Below are positions 54,439-63,143 of a stretch of 64,000 nucleotides of DNA, in pieces. Position 1 is the first letter of the stretch. Each line of letters begins with the position of its first letter. The stretch lies in the IMG/VR virus record IMGVR_UViG_3300045960_000114, positions 96,001-160,000 of that record. One strand, 5' to 3'. A program made the translations under genes and the position numbers. Under the pieces are notes generated by a model that saw only the letters and a program-made list of their open reading frames with translations, ran no database searches and was not told the DNA's origin. The DNA is from a virus.

Positions 54439-54611
54439 AATTAAGGCGCAGGCGTGTAAGGGTTTGTGAGAAAAACTTTTTGGTTTCACGCATACTCTTT
54501 CATCTGGACGAGGTTCTACCTTCGAATAAGATGGATGGTCTCGCGGCGAGTGCCGACGAACGCCAACCAAAGCGGACTACCTGGGTCCGCTCCATTCGAA
54601 GGGGGTCTCAA

Positions 54612-56267
54612 ATGCAAACGCTGGAAGCCGCTCCGTCAGTATCGACATGTGAATTCGGAGCGCTGGCCAAGGGTATCTATGAGCACAAATACTCTTGGTT
54701 GAAAGATGACCAAACGAAGGAAAGCTGGCCTGAAACGTGTCGGAGAGTGGTAACCCACGTAGTACATCCGTACCTGCCCGCCTTGGCCGATCCCATCTAC
54801 GAGTTGCTGGTCCAACGGAAGTTCATGCCGGGCGGTCGCTATCTTTACGCCGCCGGAAGGAAGTTCCATCAGGTCAACAACTGCTTCTTATTCGACGTGG
54901 AGGACAGCAGGGAAGGCTGGGCCGGCTTGATGTTCCGCGCCACGCAGGCGCTGATGACGGGCGGTGGCATTGGGACGGTGTACAGCAAGTTGAGGGCTGA
55001 AGGCGAACCAGTGAAGGGCATGGGCGGGCAGTCGACGGGTCCAATTTCGCTGATGAACATGGTCAACGAAGCCGGACGACACATCATGCAGGGCGGCTCG
55101 CGGCGTGCAGCGGTATGGGCTGGACTCCACTGGAACCACAAGGACTGCCACAAGTTCGTCCACCTGAAGGACTGGCCGGAATTCGTCAAGGCGCGCAAGT
55201 CAGAGGACTTCAACTTCCCAGCTGCCATGGACGGCACGAACATCAGTGTCATTCTGGATGATGCCTTCTTCACCGCCTACAACGACAAATCGAACCCACA
55301 ACACCAACAGGCGTACGACATTTATTGGGACGTGGTGTGGCAGATGTGTCGTTCAGGTGAGCCTGGATTCTCAGTCGACGTCGGCCCGAATGCTGGTGAA
55401 CATCTTCGCAACGCATGCACGGAAATAACCAGTTCGGATGACAATGACGTCTGCAACCTAGGCAGTATTAACCTGGCCCGGATTGAGAGCAAAGAAGAGA
55501 TGGCAAGGGCGGTCGAGCTCTCGACCGCCTTTCTCATTTGCGGCACCCTCTATTCGAAGGTGCCATTCCCCGAAGTGGCCGACGCGCGTGAGCGCAACCG
55601 CCGGCTCGGCCTTGGCCTCATGGGCATCCATGAGTGGTTGCTTGTCCGCGGAAAGCGCTACGGCGCCGATGAGGAGTTGGGCACGTGGATGTCTGAGTAC
55701 GTCAAGTCGGATGAATATGCCGCTAACTACTGCAAGCAGCTGAACATCTCCGTCCCGAAGAAGACGCGTGCGATCGCCCCGACAGGCACCATCAGCATCC
55801 TGGCTGAGACCACGTCCGGAATCGAGCCGATCTTCTGCGTGGCGTACCTGCGTCGTTACCTCAAGGGACGCCAGTGGCACGCGCAGTACGCCATTGATAA
55901 CACGGCCCGCCGCCTGATCGAACGCGGTATCCCGGTCGAGCAGATCGAGGATGCGTACGAGCTGGCAAAGGACGTGGAGCGCCGGGTGTCGTTCCAGGCG
56001 TGGATGCAGCGGTATGTCGACCACGCGATCAGCAGCACCATCAACCTGCCGGAGTGGGGCTCCGAGTACAATAACGGCGACACGGTTCGGCCCTTCGGCG
56101 AGATGCTGGTCAAGTACCTGCCGGGGCTTCGCGGCGTGACGGCATACCCGGATGGGTCGCGTGGTGGCCAGCCTTTGACGCCCGTGAGCTACAAGGCAGC
56201 CATTAAGAAGGAAGGCGTGGAGTTTGTGGAAAATACGAACTGCACGTCAGGGTCGTGCGGCGTTTGA
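54612..56267 (+). CDS. nrdJ: Class II (adenosylcobalamin-dependent) ribonucleotide reductase
   Basis: FMPGGR, NNCF, NACTEI, CNLGSINL, APTGTIS, TSGIEP, ISSTIN, C-terminal CTSGSC. No adjacent nrdB. Confidence 0.88.
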   Translation: MQTLEAAPSVSTCEFGALAKGIYEHKYSWLKDDQTKESWPETCRRVVTHVVHPYLPALADPIYELLVQRKFMPGGRYLYAAGRKFHQVNNCFLFDVEDSREGWAGLMFRATQALMTGGGIGTVYSKLRAEGEPVKGMGGQSTGPISLMNMVNEAGRHIMQGGSRRAAVWAGLHWNHKDCHKFVHLKDWPEFVKARKSEDFNFPAAMDGTNISVILDDAFFTAYNDKSNPQHQQAYDIYWDVVWQMCRSGEPGFSVDVGPNAGEHLRNACTEITSSDDNDVCNLGSINLARIESKEEMARAVELSTAFLICGTLYSKVPFPEVADARERNRRLGLGLMGIHEWLLVRGKRYGADEELGTWMSEYVKSDEYAANYCKQLNISVPKKTRAIAPTGTISILAETTSGIEPIFCVAYLRRYLKGRQWHAQYAIDNTARRLIERGIPVEQIEDAYELAKDVERRVSFQAWMQRYVDHAISSTINLPEWGSEYNNGDTVRPFGEMLVKYLPGLRGVTAYPDGSRGGQPLTPVSYKAAIKKEGVEFVENTNCTSGSCGV

Positions 56268-56294
56268 ACGTCGTACGAAAAACCAAGGTAACAG

Positions 56295-56324
56295 AAAGCC
56301 GCAGCGATGAGCTGCGGCTTTTTT
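56295..56324 (+). terminator. Intrinsic terminator
   Basis: AAAGCCGCAGC/GCTGCGGCTTT plus T-run. Confidence 0.8.
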
Positions 56325-56341
56325 GTTTTGAGGAGATTGTA

Positions 56342-56662
56342 ATGGCGAAGGACAGGGAAGACTCAACGTCAGCATCAGCAACCAACCTTACGTGGACTCC
56401 GTTTGATGTGAAGAATGCTCCACGGCACCGGCTGTACAAGGTGAATTACGCACTCGAGCTGGCGCTAAACCCGGAGCTGGCGATTGATCACGTCGCTGAT
56501 ATAGCTTTCAGCTGGGGTAACATGGATCACGGTCAGTTGGAAGACGAAGTTAACCGTCGGTTGCACATCTGCCGCTGCCGTAAGCTGGTTGTCAAGCTGC
56601 CTGATCCTCCGCCGTTCCCATCGTACATTTCCAGGGACGATTGGCGTGCTCTGGTGAGTTAA
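56342..56662 (+). CDS. Hypothetical protein
   Basis: GAGGAG RBS. Confidence 0.65.
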   Translation: MAKDREDSTSASATNLTWTPFDVKNAPRHRLYKVNYALELALNPELAIDHVADIAFSWGNMDHGQLEDEVNRRLHICRCRKLVVKLPDPPPFPSYISRDDWRALVS

Positions 56663-56675
56663 CAAGGAGAGTGGG

Positions 56676-57023
56676 ATGTCATCCATCGAGAACCTACTGG
56701 GTGTGCGATTCACCTCATACAGGGGTGTATCGACGATTGAGGTTAGCAACGCGTTGTTAAAGCGCTGGATGCCCTTGGGGATGTACTTCTTTGGGGTGAT
56801 CATCCTGCGCGGTCGGCAGTCGAGAAACACCAGGGCACACGAGTATTGTCACTACCTTCAGGCGAAGGAGGACTCGTTGTTCTGGTTTAAGTATTTGTTT
56901 GAGTATGCCCGGGTAGGTTACTGGGCCAACAAATACGAACGGGCAGCGCGGATTTTCGCGTTGCGATCCCGTTGTTCCTCTCTCTTTCGGCGAAGCCAGT
57001 ATATGCCTTTTGCCAAACCGTAG
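56676..57023 (+). CDS. HExxH metallopeptidase-like small protein (DUF4157-like)
   Basis: RAHEYCHYLQ...NKYERAA. Confidence 0.65.
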   Translation: MSSIENLLGVRFTSYRGVSTIEVSNALLKRWMPLGMYFFGVIILRGRQSRNTRAHEYCHYLQAKEDSLFWFKYLFEYARVGYWANKYERAARIFALRSRCSSLFRRSQYMPFAKP

Positions 57024-58057
57024 GCGCCTAACCCGCCACCTACGAGTCCTGCGACTGATGGGGTTAGTGAGGCTTTGGCGGGTATCTTCTTTAGCCACTT
57101 GTTGACTAACTTTTGGCGGCTTCCCATTGTGGCCTGCCAGCCTGGCCAGTGTTTGGCTATGTATTTTGCTGGGTTCCGTTCCCCGGCAGCCTGTTCGAGT
57201 TTCCAGCCGCCGTACATACCACCGGCGGCGCCGAGAAGCGCAGCCAGTGGTGCCATTCCTTCTCCTTCGCGGATGTCTTTAACACCCTTGTAGACACTTC
57301 CACCCAGCGCGGATCCCATCGCCAGCCTGATCAGGGGGTTGTACAACCTGTCCCATTTTGGGAGATTGAACTTGGTTCCGTAATAACCGACTGGCTCATA
57401 CTTATCTGAGCGCAGGTAGTCGGAAGCCAGTTCATAGCCTTTTGGGGCTTTAAGGCCGGGATCGACGCCAGAACGACGCATAACGTCAGCAGGTCCTGTT
57501 GAGCAGACGTTACCTTTGCAATTTGGTAATGGTACGCTGGGTGGAAGGAAGATTCGCCCTGCCGCTGTTGCGAGCAGTTTGTTTGGTGAGTATTCCTCTT
57601 TCGCCAATTCGATGGCATTTCGTGCGATACCTTTCTGTTGTGTGGCTGTCAGCTTTTTTGGTCTGAGTAGCACACCCCCGCGCTGGTTCTTCAGTAGGGT
57701 ATATAGCGGGTCAGCACCACCAGCCATATGGGACATACCCTCATTTCCGAGGATTTCTGCATGATAGTATGGGGCGCCGCTCAGTATCGGTGTGACTGCT
57801 CGCCAGGCCGAGTAGGGAGCTTTGTTGTGGGTGAGAACGACATCCCCTGGCCGACTCTCCATGAACAGGTCGTGTGCACCCATTCGTTTGACTTTACCAA
57901 GATCCATCATTGGTTTCTGTCCGATTAGGGGCGACATCACGGATAAGCCAGTTCCCAGCCCTAATACGTGCTCTAGCCGCAGTTTTTGTTTATTCTCTTC
58001 CTCTGCCTGGTTGGAGTACCGGGCAGCTGCGATGATCGCTTGTTTTAGCAGTGACAT
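56918..58057 (-). CDS. Permuted papain-like (YiiX/YebB-type NlpC/P60) protein with Gly-rich hydrophobic segments
   Basis: PGDVVLT...YYHAEI...EYS...VCS. His precedes Cys. Confidence 0.6.
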   Translation of the reverse strand: MSLLKQAIIAAARYSNQAEEENKQKLRLEHVLGLGTGLSVMSPLIGQKPMMDLGKVKRMGAHDLFMESRPGDVVLTHNKAPYSAWRAVTPILSGAPYYHAEILGNEGMSHMAGGADPLYTLLKNQRGGVLLRPKKLTATQQKGIARNAIELAKEEYSPNKLLATAAGRIFLPPSVPLPNCKGNVCSTGPADVMRRSGVDPGLKAPKGYELASDYLRSDKYEPVGYYGTKFNLPKWDRLYNPLIRLAMGSALGGSVYKGVKDIREGEGMAPLAALLGAAGGMYGGWKLEQAAGERNPAKYIAKHWPGWQATMGSRQKLVNKWLKKIPAKASLTPSVAGLVGGGLGAYGLAKGIYWLRRKREEQRDRNAKIRAARSYLLAQ

Positions 58058-58190
58058 ATTTGTTTGATCTCCTGGGATAAGTTTATGTGTCCCCAGGCGT
58101 CAGTCAATAGCTGCTCAGGGCATCAAAACGGGGTGCCTGCAGGCGTTAGAATACATTGTGGCCCTTTTCATTCACCTAAAGGAGGATCAG

Positions 58191-58502
58191 ATGAGAGACG
58201 ACGTTGGATGCAACGAGGTCGTTACGCTCAAGGCGAAGGATGTGCCTTTGGTCAGCCGGCTCATCCAGCTGGGGCGGAAGTGGACGGTCTTTTCCCTGAA
58301 AAGCAATCCGGAGGAGTTTTATGTCATCAAGACTCCGATGGGGCAGGTGGTCCATGAACACCTGAAGGCCAAGTACGGCGACGATCTCGGGATCATATAC
58401 CAGCCCGACGCCGAGAACTGCGATTTGTGTCCGCATCCGCACGGCTGTCCGCGCGACCAGGCGAAGCTCCGGCAGATCACGAAGATCGGGTTGCCAGCCT
58501 GA
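58191..58502 (+). CDS. Hypothetical protein with CxxC-x-H-x3-C
   Basis: AAAGGAGG RBS. CDLCPHPHGCP. Confidence 0.7.
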   Translation: MRDDVGCNEVVTLKAKDVPLVSRLIQLGRKWTVFSLKSNPEEFYVIKTPMGQVVHEHLKAKYGDDLGIIYQPDAENCDLCPHPHGCPRDQAKLRQITKIGLPA

Positions 58503-58534
58503 CGGGTCTTTGCTAATCTGGATCAGGGTGATCA

Positions 58535-58744
58535 ATGGCGCGAAAGAAGAGTAAACAGACGACCGCCATGACGTTCATCGGGGGACCGATGGACGGCTCT
58601 GAGGTCACCCTCAAACTTGAAGAGAGTGCCGACATCACGCTGCAGCCGTCGGAAGTTCCAGCTTCGGTGATGGTTCTCTTCCGGGCTTGCACCTACCGCG
58701 TGAACGTCGACAAGAAACGGCTGTACCACATTCCCCTGAAGTAA
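58535..58744 (+). CDS. Small hypothetical protein
   Basis: FIGGPMDG motif. Confidence 0.65.
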   Translation: MARKKSKQTTAMTFIGGPMDGSEVTLKLEESADITLQPSEVPASVMVLFRACTYRVNVDKKRLYHIPLK

Positions 58745-58782
58745 GTTTCCTGCCCGTCAGCGAGTGCTGGCGGCGTTCCCCG

Positions 58783-58820
58783 CGCCTGGGTTGGTTCCCG
58801 CCGCCCAGGCGTTTTTCTTT
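58783..58820 (+). terminator. Probable terminator
   Basis: CGCCTGGG/CCCAGGCG plus T-run, 13-nt loop. Confidence 0.5.
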
Positions 58821-58835
58821 AGCTAGGAGGACAGG

Positions 58836-59324
58836 ATGGTCATCAAGTTGATAGCGGTTCATAACAAAGCTGTTGCACCAAGGCGTGCCACCAAGCGGTC
58901 GTCAGGTGCTGACGTGTACGCCGTCGAGGACTTTGTCATCCCACCGAAGGACTGGGTCACGGCTGACCTGGGGCTTCAGGTTGCCGACATGCCGGAGATT
59001 GCAGGGTATCTATCCGGCCCTTGGAGAGACACGGACCCTCGGGTAGAGGTCGGGCTCGAGTTGCAGGTGCGCGCGCGGTCTGGCGAGGCGCGCAAGCGCG
59101 GTGTCTTCGTCCTGAATGAGCCAGGCACCATCGACCAGGACTACCGTGGAATGATGGGTGTGATCCTGGCCAACTTCAGCAATCAGCCGGTTGAGTTCAA
59201 GGCTGGCGAACGCATTGCTCAGGTCGTGTGCAGCCTGGTGCTATATGTCGACTACGAACTGGTTGGGGAGGTTAGCGAGACGGAGCGGGGCGCTGGCGGC
59301 TTCGGCTCGACAGGGAGGGTGTGA
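58836..59324 (+). CDS. dut: Trimeric dUTPase
   Basis: SSGADV, RARSG, GTIDQDYRG, GERIAQ, RGAGGFGSTG. Confidence 0.95.
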   Translation: MVIKLIAVHNKAVAPRRATKRSSGADVYAVEDFVIPPKDWVTADLGLQVADMPEIAGYLSGPWRDTDPRVEVGLELQVRARSGEARKRGVFVLNEPGTIDQDYRGMMGVILANFSNQPVEFKAGERIAQVVCSLVLYVDYELVGEVSETERGAGGFGSTGRV

Positions 59325-59743
59325 TGGGCTTCGTAATTGAGACTGTGGGGCTTGCGGCGAAGAAGTGGGGAATGGAAGAGGTCTTCGTAAACAACTCCAT
59401 GTACTGCGGTAAGCGGATGACCGTGATGCCTGGTGTTGCCTGCTCCATTCACTACCACACCGACAAGGTTGAGACGTTCGTCGTGCTGGATGGTCGGCTG
59501 ATCCTCGAGATCTATGAGGAAGTCAGTCTGATGGCACCGAAGCGCCGGCGGCTACTGGAATGCAGGCCGCTGTTGCCGGGCAGGCCATTGACGATCCTCA
59601 AGCACACACCGCATCGGTTTTGGGCGGAGCACGCGCCGGTACGGTTCCTGGAGTTCTCGAGTCATGACAGTCTGGACGATTCGATCCGGATCACCAAGGC
59701 GGGTCCGGTCACTTGGAAATATTCTTTAGGAGGGCCGTGGTAA
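59321..59743 (+). CDS. Cupin, sugar-isomerase-like
   Basis: CSIHYH..KVETFVVLDG...ILKHTPHRF...LEFS. Confidence 0.8.
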   Translation: MMGFVIETVGLAAKKWGMEEVFVNNSMYCGKRMTVMPGVACSIHYHTDKVETFVVLDGRLILEIYEEVSLMAPKRRRLLECRPLLPGRPLTILKHTPHRFWAEHAPVRFLEFSSHDSLDDSIRITKAGPVTWKYSLGGPW

Positions 59744-60171
59744 TGGCGTATGACTGTCAGGTATTCTTCCTGGAAATCAAGGTGGCCAGGGAGAACGAGA
59801 CGTTCTTGTGTGCCTCGGAAGAGGTGGCGATGAAGATCGTCCGGGCTTACGCCCGGCTTGTGGCGATCCAGCTCATGTCGAAGAACAAAGCGTTAAAACT
59901 GGATTTGTCGGACAGTAACAATCTGCCCGATATGTTGGTGGCATCTAAGGATCTCGCGTATAGTATAGATGCGCGAGATGTCATCACCGATGACGTCGAG
60001 TTTGTAGAGGAAACGCGCCAAATCCAGGAGGAGATCGAGGCAGAGGAGGATGAAGTGGAGGAGGAGATGGCTGCGGATGCTGCAGCCGTCGAAGCTGAGC
60101 GAACTGGTATGCCCAGCTCGGTGTTGAACGACGCTGACGATACCCTTTTCGGGAGGATGGACGAGGTATGA
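59743..60171 (+). CDS. Acidic hypothetical protein
   Basis: TAATG coupling. AGGAGG RBS. Confidence 0.7.
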   Translation: MAYDCQVFFLEIKVARENETFLCASEEVAMKIVRAYARLVAIQLMSKNKALKLDLSDSNNLPDMLVASKDLAYSIDARDVITDDVEFVEETRQIQEEIEAEEDEVEEEMAADAAAVEAERTGMPSSVLNDADDTLFGRMDEV

Positions 60172-60479
60172 AGATCATCAACATACAGGTTGAGCTCGGG
60201 CCGGGGAAGGAACTGCTGATCAACGGCAGACCCTGGCAGACGTCGAACATCGCCCAGGAAGTGGATGAGAAGGTCTTCCTGAAGCAGACGAACTTGGAGC
60301 AGAAGTGGGCGGTTCTCTGCGAGCTGCAGAAGCTGCTTGCGATGCTGTCGTACCAGTACCAGGTTCAGCGGGTGATGTCTGGCGACTTGCCTGCAACCGA
60401 CTTTGAACGGATGCAGCGCAATGTCGGGTACTCGGTGGGCTGGGGTCCGCAGTTGCCTCCGCCCCCGAAGCGGGAGTGA
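60168..60479 (+). CDS. Hypothetical protein
   Basis: Overlaps the upstream stop. GAGG RBS. Confidence 0.7.
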   Translation: MKIINIQVELGPGKELLINGRPWQTSNIAQEVDEKVFLKQTNLEQKWAVLCELQKLLAMLSYQYQVQRVMSGDLPATDFERMQRNVGYSVGWGPQLPPPPKRE

Positions 60480-60482
60480 ACC

Positions 60483-61253
60483 ATGAGCAGTTGGTCTAGC
60501 TACAGGTTCGATCAGGTACGGTGGTGTGTGCTTTCCGGTGTTCCTAACAATAAGTTCGAGACAGAGGCGCGGGCGTTTGCAATGGAGCATCCATCTGTAA
60601 TGGAGGCGTTCGCGGAAGAGTGTCAGGTACTAGTGGATGGCGACAGTCGGTTCTCGTTCAAGGATGTCGTCGCGCGGGTCAGGTTTGTACGTGGGGTCAA
60701 ACTCAGCAACAACCTGACTGCACCTCTGGGTCAGTTGATAATGCGTCTGTTCAGCCACGAAGGCATCAGTGTGCGTCTGTTCAGCTTACCTGGGCGGCGC
60801 ATGCGCACGAACTGGATAGACAGGACGCGGCACCTGCGGACGGCTTCCATCACGCTTGAGGCATTCCAGCGCAGGTACGGGCCGGTCGTGAGCAACAAGG
60901 ATCGTGATGCGCGGGCGAAGTTGTACTTCGACCAGGACCTGCACCTGATGTTCATCCAGGCGTGCAAGGATGCGATCAAGTGGTACGAAGACAACGGGGC
61001 TGACTGGAAGGTGTCTGTGAAGGACATTCTTCAGGCTTCGCGTCTTAACTACAAGATCAAGGTGACAGGACGGATTGCTGGTGAGCGTATGTACAACCCG
61101 ATCTTCAGCAACACGGACGTGACGTACTACGCCCGCATGATGCTGGTGGATGTGCCAGAGCTGAAGCAGCTGGTGAATGGGGTGAAGCGGATCAAGCACG
61201 AGTTGGACAAGGAGGCCATGGTGGTAGCGCCTGAGGCTTTCCTGGAGGTATAA
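60483..61253 (+). CDS. Hypothetical protein with two similar subdomains
   Basis: FSFKDVVARVR...LSNN and VSVKDILQASR...FSNT. Confidence 0.7.
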   Translation: MSSWSSYRFDQVRWCVLSGVPNNKFETEARAFAMEHPSVMEAFAEECQVLVDGDSRFSFKDVVARVRFVRGVKLSNNLTAPLGQLIMRLFSHEGISVRLFSLPGRRMRTNWIDRTRHLRTASITLEAFQRRYGPVVSNKDRDARAKLYFDQDLHLMFIQACKDAIKWYEDNGADWKVSVKDILQASRLNYKIKVTGRIAGERMYNPIFSNTDVTYYARMMLVDVPELKQLVNGVKRIKHELDKEAMVVAPEAFLEV

Positions 61254-61255
61254 AG

Positions 61256-61939
61256 ATGAAGATAGCTGTGTTTGCTCTCTTCTACGGTGACTACCCGGAC
61301 CTGCACGCCCGTTTGATCAATGGGCTGGTTGGCTCCCTCAAGTTGCCGGACGTGAAGTTGACAGTCTGGTTGAACAGTGTCAGCGATCGCTGCGTCGATC
61401 TGATTTCCAAAGGCGTGGCAGAGTTGGGTGGTGACATCGCGTACAGGGGCGACAACGTGCCCAAGTACGAGGCAATGCGCACGATGTTCCAGCCGCTCAA
61501 GGTCGTATCGAACACCGATTGGGTGGTGTGGTTCGACGATGATACCCTGATTGAGAAGCAGGACTGGGTTTCTGTAACGTCTAACTACATTCTGGCCAAC
61601 CCTAGCGCTGTCTACATGGGAGAACGGTGGTTCATCCACTGGATGAACGGGCAGTGGGAGTTCGTCCAGAAGTCGAAGTGGTTCCAGGGAAAGCCGCCTG
61701 AGATGATCAAGGGCAAGCCCGGTATCAACTTCGCGCAGGGTGCATACTGGTGGCTGAAGTCGTCAGCCATGTGCGACCTGGATTGGCCCGACTCGCGGCT
61801 GAGCCACAATGGAGGCGATACCCTGCTGGGGGAGGCAATCCGCCAGCAGGGGTGGCCGTTCCATAAGTTCAGCTACGGGGTAAAACCTAACAAGGCGCCA
61901 CGGCGAGGGCTTTCACAGCGGCCTGCCGGGGCGAAGTGA
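61256..61939 (+). CDS. GT-A fold glycosyltransferase-like protein
   Basis: NVPKYEAMR...WVVWFDDDT (DxD)...GGDTLLGE. Confidence 0.7.
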   Translation: MKIAVFALFYGDYPDLHARLINGLVGSLKLPDVKLTVWLNSVSDRCVDLISKGVAELGGDIAYRGDNVPKYEAMRTMFQPLKVVSNTDWVVWFDDDTLIEKQDWVSVTSNYILANPSAVYMGERWFIHWMNGQWEFVQKSKWFQGKPPEMIKGKPGINFAQGAYWWLKSSAMCDLDWPDSRLSHNGGDTLLGEAIRQQGWPFHKFSYGVKPNKAPRRGLSQRPAGAK

Positions 61940-62214
61940 GGATCATGGGATACAAAGATGAGGTTAGTGGCTCGGGCGGAGAAGTGAAGGAGGATGTGAC
62001 GGAAGCGCTGAAGTTCTGCGACTTGATCCTTCGACGGATCGAGGACCTGCCGGAGCGGGCGTTTGAGTTCGGCGCGTCAGTCGAGGAGAAAGTGACCGGC
62101 ATGCGGAAGTGGATTGACGAGAAGAAGCACGTCACTCCTAAGATGCAGGCGGCGCTGGAGAACATCTACTCGGGGATGAAGAAGTGGTTACGGGAGGCCG
62201 ACGATGACGACTAA
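61936..62214 (+). CDS. Hypothetical protein
   Basis: Track ORF, coupled to neighbours. Confidence 0.7.
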   Translation: MRIMGYKDEVSGSGGEVKEDVTEALKFCDLILRRIEDLPERAFEFGASVEEKVTGMRKWIDEKKHVTPKMQAALENIYSGMKKWLREADDDD

Positions 62215-62524
62215 AGAGCCGATTGTCTGGACGTGGTTCACCACGGTGCGCTGCTCTCTGGCGCTCTCGGCTTGCAAGCTGTGCGGCAAGCGTGAGACGT
62301 CACCAGGACCGATGGTCATCATTGAGGCCGAGGCGAACGACAAATCGGTTCGATCGCAAAACCGGTACTGTCTGGCCTGCTACGAGGCGCAGGTCAAGCT
62401 GGCGCACATCGACGGTGAGCTCAGGGATTTGCCGGAGAAAATCAAACCGGATGAATACTTGAGCCTGATCGTCCCCGCCTATATAGTTCAAAAGGGTGAC
62501 GTTCTGTCATACTTCAAGGCATAG
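62204..62524 (+). CDS. Zinc-finger-like protein
   Basis: CKLC...CLAC. Confidence 0.65.
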   Translation: MTTKEPIVWTWFTTVRCSLALSACKLCGKRETSPGPMVIIEAEANDKSVRSQNRYCLACYEAQVKLAHIDGELRDLPEKIKPDEYLSLIVPAYIVQKGDVLSYFKA

Positions 62525-62536
62525 GAGGAACGAGTC

Positions 62537-62971
62537 ATGCTGAAGTTGCTGATGGTGTTGCCGTTGCTGTTGATGTGTACCAACTGCGGTGAGACGGTCG
62601 ACAAGCTGAAGGTTGCCAAGGACGCGGGGCAAGTCGCTGCGCTCGCCTGGCAGGCTGCAGCCAAGCCGACGCCTGACCAGGTGAAGGCGGTCAAGTTCGT
62701 TGTGGATGACATCCGGAAGTCCATGACGGACTGGAAGGAAGGCGGGTTCACGGGCACGCTTCCCGACATCTACAAGGGGATCGACAAAGCCTTGCCGCCC
62801 GATACGAAGGCCGCTGAAAACAAGTTGGCACGGAAGCTGGCTGAGCTGCTGGTTGCTGAACTGGATAACCAATTCAAGAAGCGTCCGGATTGGCAAAAGG
62901 CCGGTGGCGAGGTTGCTTCGATCGTGGGTGCCTTCTGTGACGGCGCGTCCGGCGTGTTGACGACTCCGTAG
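62537..62971 (+). CDS. Secreted protein or lipoprotein
   Basis: AGGAGG RBS. MLKLLMVLPLLLMCTN-C. Confidence 0.75.
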   Translation: MLKLLMVLPLLLMCTNCGETVDKLKVAKDAGQVAALAWQAAAKPTPDQVKAVKFVVDDIRKSMTDWKEGGFTGTLPDIYKGIDKALPPDTKAAENKLARKLAELLVAELDNQFKKRPDWQKAGGEVASIVGAFCDGASGVLTTP

Positions 62972-62972
62972 G

Positions 62973-63054
62973 AATGTGGGGAGCAGGTAGGGCGGAAACT
63001 ACTCTGATGGCGGTGTAGGCATCTTTCCGCGCCACGCACCGTCCGGCCCCCATT
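62973..63054 (+). ncRNA. Three-way-junction RNA with potential 7-bp kissing loops
   Basis: Loop GCGGAAA (62992-62998) is complementary to loop TTTCCGC (63024-63030). Confidence 0.45.
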
Positions 63055-63088
63055 AAGGGGCGGCCAGTAAAATGGCCGCCCCTTTTTT
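63055..63088 (+). terminator. Intrinsic terminator
   Basis: 12-bp perfect stem plus T-run. Confidence 0.85.
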
Positions 63089-63096
63089 GTTTGCGT

Positions 63097-63125
63097 TTGA
63101 CTTATTAGCTCAGTTGTTTTAATCT
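63097..63125 (+). promoter_or_regulatory. Sigma70-like promoter
   Basis: TTGACT-17 nt-TAATCT. Confidence 0.6.
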
Positions 63126-63143
63126 TGGGAACTGGAGGAAACG

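Noticed and set aside
54331-54480. NrdR box or replication origin upstream of nrdJ
   Set aside because: No convincing NrdR consensus. The AT-rich stretch has only two short direct repeats, too few to call an origin.
63003-63045. Hammerhead ribozyme or fluoride riboswitch
   Set aside because: CTGATGG is not CTGANGA and no GAAA follows the stem. The minus-strand GATGCCTAC lacks the rest of the crcB consensus.
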